Shown piece by piece: positions 26,901-35,875 of a stretch of 36,903 bases of DNA. How positions within the stretch are numbered: the first letter of the stretch is position 1; each line of letters begins with the position of its first letter. Source of the DNA: a virus (lineage: Duplodnaviria; Caudoviricetes); IMG/VR virus record IMGVR_UViG_3300028422_002004, positions 1 through 36,903 of that record. The stretch is one strand, 5' to 3'. The position numbers were made by a program, and so were the translations under genes. The notes beneath the pieces were generated by a model, which was not told the DNA's origin, did not search any database, and saw only the letters and a program-made list of their open reading frames with translations.

Positions 26901-29900
26901 ATAAGCAAAATTAAATCTCTTTATAAAAATTATGAACCGAAGAGCAAAGAGGCGCAGGCACTTGCTGAAAACGAGGAAGTGCTGAGCAAAGCAAGAGAAC
27001 TGTGGCTTTCAGCTGTAAATGAGAATATAAATGAAGTAAAAGAAAATAGTGAAAATAAATTCTCAAAAAAAGACAGCAAGGGGAAAATGTTAACAGATGC
27101 GCAGGCAGAATTCTTCAAAGATTCCAAAGTAGTAGATGATGAAGGAAATCTTCTTAATGTTTATCATGGAACCGGTAACACATTTTATGTATTTGATTCA
27201 AATAAGACCGGTCTCGGAAATGATCAGTTTGGGTCTGGATTCTATTTCACAACAGATGAAGAGGAAGCAAATAATTACCAGTCAGCGTTTCAACGTGGAA
27301 AAGAGAAAATTGGTGGAACGGACAGTCCAAGAATAATAGAGGCATATCTTAATATTAAGAAGCCGCTTATTGTTGACGGAATGAGCCTAAATGATGCTGA
27401 TATCAATATAAGTAAATCACAGGCATATAGGATCATGAAAATGGCACCTGATATCTACAATTATGAAGACAGCGCAATTGGTTCATTTCACGATGTATGG
27501 GCAAATGAAAAAGTAGAAGAATGGATGATTAAGGATGCGGCTTCATCATACACTGGTGCAAGTCTTATTTCTCTTGAAAACGATTTCTTTAGAGGTAAAG
27601 CAACCGCATTTAGAAAGGCAGTGAATGAAGTTCTTGGGTATGATGGGGTAATTCATGAGTTTGAAGACGGTAAAAAGCATTTTGTTGCATGGTTTAGCAA
27701 CCAGATAAAAGATGTAGAGAATGAAAATCCTACTACTAATATGGATATCAGGTATTCATTAAAAGGTGTAGATCAGGACGGTATTGAAATATACGAAACG
27801 AGTAATGATACCAAATCTCTTACATGGAAAGAACGCAAAGCAGCTCTTTTGAATTCAATCGTTAATGAATATGTGGGAAGGACTGCAAAGTTCATAAAAG
27901 ATGGAAAAGTATTCTACGCTAAAATGAATGAAGCAGATATTAGAAAGAGTATATTTGGAGATAATAAATCAAGTAGAAGAGGATATAATGCAAAAATTAA
28001 TATTGGCGCAGATGGAAACTACTTTGAATTAATTGAAAATGCCGAAATTACTGGAAGCAGAGAAGAAAAAGGCAAGACAACACTTAATGGAATTCATGAA
28101 GGCACAAAATCATGGTATTACTTTGAAAAAACAATAAAGGCAGATGAAGATTATTTTAACGTATTAATAAATGTATATGATAAAGGAGAAGATCAATATG
28201 TTTATTCGGTTAATTTATTTGAATCAAAAAAAGGACTCCCAAGCAGCCGAAGCTTTAACCAAGGGAATCCTTCTGATAATATTATAGATCAACCTACTAT
28301 AAATGTCAATAAATCAGACATTCGCCATTCATTAAAAGATGAGGATTTCCTGTTTACTGATGAATTTTTTGATACAAGTGCTGCACCTGATGTAACAAAA
28401 ATAATCAACGAGTCCGAAAGCATTTTGGAAGAGGGTATGAAAGCGTTAAAACATACAAATGTTGATGAAAAAAGAGTACGCAGCATTGCCAGAAAGATTC
28501 TTAATGACTATAAGAGCGAATACAAAAAAGCAGATTTTGAAGAAAATATGATTAAAGTATTTGCTTATATGCAGACCGCAGATAGGGTTGACTATAAAGA
28601 CATGATCCGGCTCATGTCAGAAATTGCAACTCCGGCCATTGAAAGAAGCGGTCAATATGATGAATCAATGATGAGGCAGTACACTGATTTCAAGAATAGT
28701 ATAAACACATATAACATCAGACTTAATAAAGAACAAAGATCAGAGGTTGAAAGTCTTTTCGATAGTTACACTAATTTTAAGAAGAGTGTAAAAGGAGAAC
28801 TTAAACTCTCAGAAAACGGTACCTGGCTTGACAATATTTGGAATGAAATTACTGAAAAATCAGCAGGGATGTTAGATGTAGATGAGCCAGTCGGAAATCA
28901 ACCGATAGCACTTGCTGAAGCGTTACATGCACTTAAACCCAGTATGACCAATAGTTATGGTATGGATAATACAATGCTTGCTTATGATATGGCATTAAAT
29001 ATTTACAAAGAGTATTTTTCAGCACAGAGTAGCACTGAAATTAACAAAGCAAAGCAGCAGATGGCACAGCAAATTATCCAGGTGCGGAAAGACAGCATTG
29101 CAAGGTTTGAAAAAAGGATTCAAGAAATTAAAGATGCTGAGCAGAAGAAAGCTGAACTTAAAATATCAAAACTTGAAGGGGAAATCGCAAATCTGAAAGA
29201 ACAAAGAAAAATTGGAGATGCACTGAATAGGGATAAAAGAAATTCTGCTGTTGAAAATGAAGTGAACAAAAGAAAAGAACAGATCCGATTATTAAAGGAA
29301 GCTGAAAAGGCTAAAAAGATTGAGGCTATCAATAAGGAAATAGCAGTCAAAGAACAAAGAATAAAATCACTTCGTGAGGAAAAGAACAAAAGGATCCTTA
29401 CACTTCAGGCACAGTACCGAGAAAGCAAATTGGTTCTGAGAGAAAAAAGTAAGCGCAAGGCACAAGATCGTAAATATAAGAATAGAATTATTGACAATGG
29501 CAGGGAAATTATAAAATGGATTGAAAAACCAACTGATAAACACCATGTGCCAGAACCATTAAAGCAGACCACTCTTGAATTCCTTACAAGCATTGATTTC
29601 ATATCGAGCAAAGCACAACCAGATAGCAAGTCAACACAGGGTTGGAATGATAAAATGCAGGCATTGTATTCTAAACTGGACGAAATACAAAGAAAAGAAG
29701 ATGGAGAATACAATAATTTTGCTTTGACATTTGATCCAGACTTTATGCCAGCCTTTATAGAATTTATGAATGGCAATAAAAACATAAAAAAGGTTTCTGA
29801 TCTGACTGGTGAACAACTAAAAGAGTTAGATTACCTTATGTCAGTGTTGAAAAATACCATAACTTCTGTCAATAAAATGTATAACAATAAGCGGTATGAA

Positions 29901-32591
29901 GAAGTGGCGCAGGTCGGAGAAAATACGATTGCAGAGCTTGAAGAAAAGAAAACCAAACAGAAGAAAAATGCAGGAATTGAAGCAATCAGTAATTTGTTAA
30001 ATGTGCATATGCTAGATTCGTTTTCATATTTTCATCAGATCGGAGATGCAGCAGAAAGTATTTATGAGGAATTACGAGAAGGTTTTAATCAAAGAACCTG
30101 GAAGATAAAAGAAGCACAGGACTTTATGGCTGAAACAATCCAAGGTTTAAATATAAAAGACTGGACCGGAAACAATGCAAAAGTATTTGATTTTACAATA
30201 AAAGGAAAGGATCTTAGAATGACCACTGGTCAGATCATGTCCCTTTATATGTTATCAAGTAGAAAGCAGGCAGTAGCGCATATAAAAATAGGTGGTATAA
30301 AGGCAGGGGATATTGATACAAAAACCGTAAAATATCGCCAGTCTAAAGCAGTTCATCCAGATGATGCGGCACTTAGCTTAATCTTCTCAAAGCTCACAAA
30401 TGAACAAAAAGAAGTTGCGGAAAAGATGCAGTCATTTATGGCAAGCAATTGTTCAGAGTGGGGTAATGAAGTATCGATGAAAATGTGGGGATACAAAAAA
30501 TATACAGAGGATAATTATTTCCCAATCAAGTCAGATGATAATATCATACCTACAAATGATAATAATGCAACGCAGGCGGCAATTTATGCGCTGGTAAATC
30601 TTGGGTTTACTAAATCAACACAGACAGGTGCCAACAATGCAATCACGGTAGGGGATATATTTGATATCTTTACTGAACATGTAACTAATATGGCAACCTA
30701 CAATGCATTTGCAATACCAGTCATAGATTCCATGAAATGGTACAATTATAAAACGGATGAATTTATTGATGATGGAACAAGAGAAAAAAATAAGATCACT
30801 GTAAAAGGAGAAATAGACCGTGCTTATGGAAGTAAGGCAAAAGATTATTTTATTAATTTGATCCGGGATATTAATGGTGAAATAGAACGCAAAGACGGTG
30901 GAGAAATAGGTAAAAGGCTGTTATCAAATTATAAAGCAGCAGCGGTAGGTGCTAATTTACGAGTAGCAATTCAGCAGCCCACATCATATGCAAGAGCATT
31001 AGCTGTTATGAATCCCAAATATATTACAGGGGCAATGTTTAAGCTTGCAAATGTAAAAAAAGCAAAAGAAAACAGCGCAATAGCACTCTGGAAATCATGG
31101 GGATATTATGAAACCATGATTGGAAAATCAATGAAGGATGTTATTACCGGACAGGAAAGTTTTCATGACAAAATAAAGGATGCTTCTATGTCACTTGCAC
31201 AGCAAGCAGATAATCTTACATTTGGTACATTATGGAATGCATGTGAATTAGAAATAGCTGACAAAAATCCTGATATTGATAAAAAGAGTGATGAATTTTT
31301 AAAGCTTGTTACAGCACGGTTTGATGAGGTTATTGATCGCACCCAGGTGGTTGATACAGTCCTTCATAAATCACAAATTATGAGGTCAAAATCTTCATTG
31401 GCACAACTTGAAACTACTTTTATGTCAGAACCGATAAAAAGCTATAATATGTTGCACGGTGCGTTTGTGGATGCGATTGAAACCAAAAGTGCAGCATCAT
31501 ATGCTGATCTAACAAGAAAGACAACGGTGTATGTTTTAACCGCAACAATTACAGCGGCAGCAGCTTCGATTTTGGATGCATTAAGAGATGATGACGAAAA
31601 TGAGAAGTTTATCGAAAAATATCTTGATGCATTAAAAGGCAATGTGATCGGAAATATAAACCCTATGAACATGATACCATTATTAAAAGATTTAATTTCA
31701 GCAGCAGATGCTGTTATGAATAAAAGTTATTTTAGTAGTGGCAGAATGGATATAGACGGATTTAAAAACCTTTTTACAGGTCTTTCACAGCTATTAAAAA
31801 TGGTATCAGATCCAACGTATGAAAAGACACCATATGGAATAATTAAATCAGTAGCAAAAGGAGCATCACAACTAACGGGTATTCCTGCCTATAATTTTAT
31901 TCGTGATGCAGAAGCTGTTTATAATTCTATAACTGGAAATCAGCTTGGTGGTGAAGAACGTGACAAGTATGAAAAAATGTTTGATGCCATAAAAGATGGA
32001 AATTTAGAAGCTTACAATAAGCTTTACGCTGCAGTTATTGAAAGCGGTGTCAAAGAAGAAACTATTAGTAATGGTATTAAAAATCAGCTTGTTGAAAATG
32101 ATCCTCGTATAGCAGATGCGGCAGATGCTAGGGTGAAAGGTAAAACTGACAACTACTTAAAAATCATGAATCAAATTGTAGCGGATGGGTTTAATAAAGA
32201 CATAGTAAAAGCAGCTATCAATAAAAAAATAAATGACATTTCAAAATCCGCAAATACTGATGAAAAGAAAGTATCAGAAGCAGATGGTTCATTAACAGAT
32301 GCAGTAAGTGAATATGAAATGAAAGATATTTATTACTCTTTGGATGCTGGAAATACTAAAGAAGCTCAGAAGATTATTAATGACATCTACAATGTGAAAT
32401 TAAAAAATGGTGTTGAAAAGACTGATGCAAAGTCAAGTATAAAAAGTGGATTAACTGGTAAATACAAAGAGCTGTATATAACTGGTTCATCTATGGAAAG
32501 ACTTGAAATTAAAGAAATGCTAATGAACATCTACATTGACGGAAAAAGGTTGTATTCACAGGATAATTTTACAAAATGGAATAACAGTTAA
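23934..32591 (+). CDS. Giant polyvalent/ejection protein (zincin-like, ADP-ribosyltransferase-like and putative nuclease modules)
   Basis: 2885 aa; Gly/Ala hydrophobic stretch; HEMTH at 26622-26636; YHGT...GSGFYFT...YLNIKKP...GYDGV ART-like module. Confidence 0.82.
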   Translation: MSGSFNRYLEERKKRQQMEESGANSGTAVSDSEEKSSSNSFSRYMEERNARKTTGSPVRKIEVSDNSSTEKTAMDLAIEKVLSSNRTMNSKPMTNRKEPDSYFDQNRLEPEDKEYLSVDTTKNDNRISEIDSELKYLYRDMDHFPLERKENQVKIDALKDEKNNLSVSNTKAKRVQAIDKYNSVKNKSDFGQNSRYIDSGQNIYGNAYEYINASNKEKNSYNGVEEKIRNDISVGPYSNENTFADKSYDYLTDDEKSVYNYIHATEGNDSAQKFLDTLQNTLNQRQAENIADEADTRLKQLAYARVQAKIAMQDTETTFSGDTELSEEKYASQLVRNKLADFGPEFMGNSAGQIAYDLIGTTAYMAPSILLSSIVGAATGGAGAALVGAASMGSSAGGNAYAQKINEGYTEDQAKKYGVLIGASEGSLQYIIGGVGALGGKVTKGVAQQAINKIDNVMARVAVDAGTNMLSEGSEEYVQEIIEPVIANVTLDENNDFKLFTEDALYAGVLGALSAGVLESTGTVSTGIEDSKMKKVGQSVVRNDEVDSVMELAKSLNDEEIKNILSKYEKTNNVIDLGKLKTGVDQLAKHNTENSGVTSEEKPLDQESVTQSSTEQARPENDILRQLANEMAGVTTTEPTSSSKINSILSSKESIEKFEAESGIKLEGTKAEQRNIVKNYYKTAQETNQTQNISTVKESNKTSENSPLMQPQQATISNLAGIEALSDNDAIVKLKNGTKVNLSEIQFSNLTEKAVYRMASVANTTEEANTYINSYPEGMPIETYTRLFNTLKRAGYNEQNPINVIKDNNAYLQYMSADTMKSIYDIGVNEASAVSAKAVSDKQISLVNNIAKAFGVQVEFSDSIHDEAGNGANGVYQDGKIIISKKSLDPALVVFSHEMTHSLKNSAPEAYKTYSDHVINYMKESHLDTYNSITKRLSDLYANDSEEYINDEIVANATETFLTDAEAIKSLVKKDRSVAEKILDAINNMISKIKSLYKNYEPKSKEAQALAENEEVLSKARELWLSAVNENINEVKENSENKFSKKDSKGKMLTDAQAEFFKDSKVVDDEGNLLNVYHGTGNTFYVFDSNKTGLGNDQFGSGFYFTTDEEEANNYQSAFQRGKEKIGGTDSPRIIEAYLNIKKPLIVDGMSLNDADINISKSQAYRIMKMAPDIYNYEDSAIGSFHDVWANEKVEEWMIKDAASSYTGASLISLENDFFRGKATAFRKAVNEVLGYDGVIHEFEDGKKHFVAWFSNQIKDVENENPTTNMDIRYSLKGVDQDGIEIYETSNDTKSLTWKERKAALLNSIVNEYVGRTAKFIKDGKVFYAKMNEADIRKSIFGDNKSSRRGYNAKINIGADGNYFELIENAEITGSREEKGKTTLNGIHEGTKSWYYFEKTIKADEDYFNVLINVYDKGEDQYVYSVNLFESKKGLPSSRSFNQGNPSDNIIDQPTINVNKSDIRHSLKDEDFLFTDEFFDTSAAPDVTKIINESESILEEGMKALKHTNVDEKRVRSIARKILNDYKSEYKKADFEENMIKVFAYMQTADRVDYKDMIRLMSEIATPAIERSGQYDESMMRQYTDFKNSINTYNIRLNKEQRSEVESLFDSYTNFKKSVKGELKLSENGTWLDNIWNEITEKSAGMLDVDEPVGNQPIALAEALHALKPSMTNSYGMDNTMLAYDMALNIYKEYFSAQSSTEINKAKQQMAQQIIQVRKDSIARFEKRIQEIKDAEQKKAELKISKLEGEIANLKEQRKIGDALNRDKRNSAVENEVNKRKEQIRLLKEAEKAKKIEAINKEIAVKEQRIKSLREEKNKRILTLQAQYRESKLVLREKSKRKAQDRKYKNRIIDNGREIIKWIEKPTDKHHVPEPLKQTTLEFLTSIDFISSKAQPDSKSTQGWNDKMQALYSKLDEIQRKEDGEYNNFALTFDPDFMPAFIEFMNGNKNIKKVSDLTGEQLKELDYLMSVLKNTITSVNKMYNNKRYEEVAQVGENTIAELEEKKTKQKKNAGIEAISNLLNVHMLDSFSYFHQIGDAAESIYEELREGFNQRTWKIKEAQDFMAETIQGLNIKDWTGNNAKVFDFTIKGKDLRMTTGQIMSLYMLSSRKQAVAHIKIGGIKAGDIDTKTVKYRQSKAVHPDDAALSLIFSKLTNEQKEVAEKMQSFMASNCSEWGNEVSMKMWGYKKYTEDNYFPIKSDDNIIPTNDNNATQAAIYALVNLGFTKSTQTGANNAITVGDIFDIFTEHVTNMATYNAFAIPVIDSMKWYNYKTDEFIDDGTREKNKITVKGEIDRAYGSKAKDYFINLIRDINGEIERKDGGEIGKRLLSNYKAAAVGANLRVAIQQPTSYARALAVMNPKYITGAMFKLANVKKAKENSAIALWKSWGYYETMIGKSMKDVITGQESFHDKIKDASMSLAQQADNLTFGTLWNACELEIADKNPDIDKKSDEFLKLVTARFDEVIDRTQVVDTVLHKSQIMRSKSSLAQLETTFMSEPIKSYNMLHGAFVDAIETKSAASYADLTRKTTVYVLTATITAAAASILDALRDDDENEKFIEKYLDALKGNVIGNINPMNMIPLLKDLISAADAVMNKSYFSSGRMDIDGFKNLFTGLSQLLKMVSDPTYEKTPYGIIKSVAKGASQLTGIPAYNFIRDAEAVYNSITGNQLGGEERDKYEKMFDAIKDGNLEAYNKLYAAVIESGVKEETISNGIKNQLVENDPRIADAADARVKGKTDNYLKIMNQIVADGFNKDIVKAAINKKINDISKSANTDEKKVSEADGSLTDAVSEYEMKDIYYSLDAGNTKEAQKIINDIYNVKLKNGVEKTDAKSSIKSGLTGKYKELYITGSSMERLEIKEMLMNIYIDGKRLYSQDNFTKWNNS
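28226..28309 (-). ncRNA. Intragenic antisense promoter plus ~50-nt hairpin sRNA
   Basis: TTGACA(28309-28304)-17-TATAAT(28286-28281); stem AAGGAUUCCC/GGGAGUCCUU, cUUCGg loop, U tract. Confidence 0.65.
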
Positions 32592-32604
32592 ATATATGAC
32601 ATGG

Positions 32605-32641
32605 AATAGGGGGGAATTACTCTCCCCTATTTTGTTACAAT
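32605..32641 (+). terminator. Terminator hairpin overlapping candidate late promoter
   Basis: AATAGGGGGGA / TCTCCCCTATT + TT; TGtTACAAT at 32633-32641. Confidence 0.65.
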
Positions 32642-32662
32642 TATTTGGAAAAGGGGGTGTGA

Positions 32663-33787
32663 GTGAAATTGAATAGAGATGTCATTTTTAGATTTAGTCT
32701 GAATCTCGATAAATACGAAGAAAGAGTGTCTGTATCAGTGAGAGTTGCCGACACGCTCACAAGGTCCTTATATGTAACATTAATTAAAGATGGCATTGTA
32801 TATGATCTGAATGATGTAGAAATGGTAATCATTAAATGCCTGAAACCGGATGGAAATCTTGTATACAACGACTGTGTAATAAGTGGTAATGAAATAAAAT
32901 ATTCTGTTACAACACAAACAGTAAATATTAAAGGAGATGTCAGGGCAGAATTTGTAATAACAGGAAAAGATGGTTCCGTTATAACTTCACCACAATTTGT
33001 AATTCATGTATATGAGCAGATTTATGATGATGCCGCAGTTGAATCATTTAATGAATACAATGGTCTTGTTACATGTCTCACGAATGCAAAGCAAGCTGAG
33101 GCAACAGCAACTGCATCAGTTAACCAGTGTGTTTTAGCAGCAAATGAGGCATCAGAAAATGCTAATAGCGCACATGCGGCATCAACATCAGCTATCCTGG
33201 CATCGAATACAACAATTACTCTTCATGGAGAAGTTGTAAGTATGCATAGTGATATCGAATCTATCCACAATGGAGCTGTATCAGAGTTTGCAGAATTAGT
33301 TATAGGAGCAGAGTCATCACTAGATTTAGCAAAGATTACAGATATTGCTGAGATGGAAATGGCAAAGAATGCTTATATTGCGGAATTAGAAACTATAGTC
33401 CCTGTAACTGGTATTAAAGGGATATCAGAAGCAACATATCGAGTAGGTTTAGTTGAAATAACTCCTGCCAATATTGGTCTTAGCAATGTTGAAGATAAGA
33501 ATTCTGAAACTATAAGGGGAGAGCTGACAGCTGCTAATATAACAGGAGCATTGGGATATACTCCACCAACACAAGACACTACATATGCGCTTGCAACACA
33601 GTCAACAGCTGGACTATTGTCACCAACCGATAAGGTAAAAATAGATAACATAGCAGGTGTAACTGTAAATAATACGGTCACATCTACATCGACAACAGAA
33701 GCATTGTCAGCCAATCAGGGAAGATTACTGGCTATCAGAATTACTGCACTTGAAGCAGCGATACTTGAGTTACATTATCCTAAGTAA
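32663..33787 (+). CDS. BppU-like N-terminal domain tail fibre protein
   Basis: DTLTRSLYVTL...KPDG; fibre motifs PANIGLSNVED, AGLLSPTDKVKID, ALSANQGRLL. Confidence 0.75.
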   Translation: MKLNRDVIFRFSLNLDKYEERVSVSVRVADTLTRSLYVTLIKDGIVYDLNDVEMVIIKCLKPDGNLVYNDCVISGNEIKYSVTTQTVNIKGDVRAEFVITGKDGSVITSPQFVIHVYEQIYDDAAVESFNEYNGLVTCLTNAKQAEATATASVNQCVLAANEASENANSAHAASTSAILASNTTITLHGEVVSMHSDIESIHNGAVSEFAELVIGAESSLDLAKITDIAEMEMAKNAYIAELETIVPVTGIKGISEATYRVGLVEITPANIGLSNVEDKNSETIRGELTAANITGALGYTPPTQDTTYALATQSTAGLLSPTDKVKIDNIAGVTVNNTVTSTSTTEALSANQGRLLAIRITALEAAILELHYPK

Positions 33788-33802
33788 AGAAGGGAGATCA
33801 TT

Positions 33803-34402
33803 ATGAGTTATACAAAAGTAGTATGGAAAGATTATCCATCAACAGCAACACCGATCAATGCTGCAAATCTTGGAATTATGGACCAGGGTATTGCAGATGC
33901 TCATTCATTGTTAGCAACAGCGCAGGCAGATCTTGATGTTGCAGAAGCAAATATTATTTCATTAGGAACACAGGTGGCGGCAAAGATACCAACAGCAAAT
34001 ATCATGCAGTCATTAGATGATATGGAAGCACTATCTACGGCAGGTGTATATGTGGCAGATGCAAAAGCGGTAGGGGCAATAAGCACTAATTTAAATGGGG
34101 TTACTGCAAATTTATATGAATTAGACTTTGCCGATAAAATTGATTTAAAAACAGCACTTGATGCAGTTGGGAAAACATATACTTTTCAAACAAACGGTGT
34201 TTTATGTTACAAATTTACAAGCGCTGCCGCCGCAAATGCTTATAGGTTAAATTCTTCGACTGGCGTTCCTATTTTATTCGCACAAGCAGGCGGTGCTTCT
34301 TACGAACTCGCTGGTAGAGTTCATGTGTCTAAGGGTGAAATTGGAACTGTAGCATATTTTGGTATAACTATAAATAGTTTGTATTTTGTTCCTTTTAAAT
34401 AA
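33803..34402 (+). CDS. Tail fibre/receptor-binding protein, constant N-part + variable tip A
   Basis: YTKVVWKDYPSTATPINAANL anchor motif, coiled coil, STNLN crossover, beta-rich tip. Confidence 0.78.
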   Translation: MSYTKVVWKDYPSTATPINAANLGIMDQGIADAHSLLATAQADLDVAEANIISLGTQVAAKIPTANIMQSLDDMEALSTAGVYVADAKAVGAISTNLNGVTANLYELDFADKIDLKTALDAVGKTYTFQTNGVLCYKFTSAAAANAYRLNSSTGVPILFAQAGGASYELAGRVHVSKGEIGTVAYFGITINSLYFVPFK

Positions 34403-34742
34403 TTTTATGTGCTTTATCTATAAAAAACAGATAATGTTACAGTTGATGTTCTGTCTATACCATCAACGTAGACAAACACACAATTAGCAGAAGCGTTGGT
34501 AACGCTAATTTTACATGCGCAAGTAGTACCAACGCCACTATCATATCCGTCACGAATATCTTTTGCAGTTGAACTTAATGCAATTTTAGGTACATGGAAA
34601 GTAAATGTTCCACCCGCTGTAGTACCGCATAGTATAATTAACTCAGTATATTCGCTAGGTAATGTGACCGCTGTCGAGCCACTCACAGTGGTAATTGCCT
34701 TCCATGTCAAATCTGCTTCGATTGCATTTAAATTAGTGTTTA
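34080..34742. mobile_element. Invertible DNA segment bounded by inverted repeats
   Basis: TAAGCACTAATTTAAATG (34080-34097, +) and TAAACACTAATTTAAATG (34742-34725, -); 14-bp exact core. Confidence 0.82.
34414..34737 (-). CDS. Silent alternative tail-fibre tip B (partial CDS, expressed after inversion)
   Basis: Reads TNLNAIEADLTWKAITT...VFYR*, in the same frame across the repeat as tip A. Confidence 0.78.
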   Translation of the reverse strand, partial: TNLNAIEADLTWKAITTVSGSTAVTLPSEYTELIILCGTTAGGTFTFHVPKIALSSTAKDIRDGYDSGVGTTCACKISVTNASANCVFVYVDGIDRTSTVTLSVFYR

Positions 34743-34872
34743 ATTCATAATAAATGGAAGTGATCTGACTTGGTACGGTCAGTTAGATGGTGATCACATA
34801 TGTTGATTGTCTGAGGTTGGCAATCATAAAAATTAGAAACCCGTTACTCATTCATGAGAGAAAGGAAACAAA

Positions 34873-35352
34873 ATGGGATTTATAAAATTTTCTAATAATG
34901 CCTCATTCGAGGTGAAAATAAAAAAAATCAACGACACACTTATTAAGGTATTTGATCCTATTCCTGTTATTTCAGGATTTATTTACTACCTTGACGAAAA
35001 GCTAACGCAAGAAGTATGCAACTGTAATGAATTTAAAACCGTATATAAAGCAGAACTTGATGGAATTATTTATTCAAATGATGGAAGTGTTTATTCCGAA
35101 CCTGTAATTGAAGAACCTGTTGTAATTGAACCAACAGCAGAAGAACTTGCTGCAATAGCGAGACAGCAAGAAATAGCAAATATTAATATGCAACTTGCAG
35201 CAATCGACTTGGAATTTGAACAGTTAGACTATATAGGAACTAAAATTGCAACGGGTAGGGCAACTATTGATGAATACAGTGAACAGATTGCACGTATGAC
35301 AGAATTAGCAGCAGAAAAGGACTTATTACAGGCACAGTTATTACAATTATAG
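34873..35352 (+). CDS. Tail-associated hypothetical protein (possible fibre chaperone)
   Basis: YSNDGSVY, EPTAEEL, LDYIGTKIATG; RBS AAGGA. Confidence 0.7.
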   Translation: MGFIKFSNNASFEVKIKKINDTLIKVFDPIPVISGFIYYLDEKLTQEVCNCNEFKTVYKAELDGIIYSNDGSVYSEPVIEEPVVIEPTAEELAAIARQQEIANINMQLAAIDLEFEQLDYIGTKIATGRATIDEYSEQIARMTELAAEKDLLQAQLLQL

Positions 35353-35364
35353 TCATCAGGGGGA

Positions 35365-35625
35365 ATGCGAGTGAATGAAATTATAGTTGCTGCCATATCA
35401 GGCGGAGTAACCTTGATTGTTTGTTTAATTAACAATAATTTCCAAGCCAGCAAAACGAGGGTCCTTATGGAATACCAGTTAACTGAACTAACAAAGCGTG
35501 TCGACAAGCATAATAATGTGATAGAGCGTACATATAAACTGGAAAAATATGCAGATGTATGTGATGAAAAAATTAAGGTTATTAATCATAGAATTACGGA
35601 TCTTGAAGAAGCAGAAAAAAAGTAA
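35365..35625 (+). CDS. Lysis-module small membrane protein
   Basis: N-terminal TM; LTKRVDKHNNVIERTYKLE...NHRITDLE. Confidence 0.75.
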   Translation: MRVNEIIVAAISGGVTLIVCLINNNFQASKTRVLMEYQLTELTKRVDKHNNVIERTYKLEKYADVCDEKIKVINHRITDLEEAEKK

Positions 35626-35638
35626 AGGAGAAAACAAC

Positions 35639-35875
35639 ATGTTTAAGAATTCGGTTTTTAGAGTATCAGTAGATACAAAGAAGTGGTTAAAAGCAGCCGG
35701 AACAAGAGCGGTCCGTACAATGGCGCAGGTGGCAATTGCACAGATCGGTGTTGCAACTGTACTAGAGGGTGTTGATTGGAAGTTAGTAGTCTCGGCAACA
35801 CTTCTAAGTGGGATTCTATCTATCCTTACATCATTAAAAGGAATTCCGGAAGTAGAAAGTGAGGAGACAAAATGA
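35639..35875 (+). CDS. Holin (r1t-like)
   Basis: WLKAAGTRAVRTMAQ...VDW...SILTSLKGIPEV; RBS AAGGAG. Confidence 0.88.
   Translation: MFKNSVFRVSVDTKKWLKAAGTRAVRTMAQVAIAQIGVATVLEGVDWKLVVSATLLSGILSILTSLKGIPEVESEETK

Noticed and set aside
32663-34742. Diversity-generating retroelement acting on the fibre
   Set aside because: No reverse transcriptase ORF and no TR/VR pair seen; inversion explains the layout.
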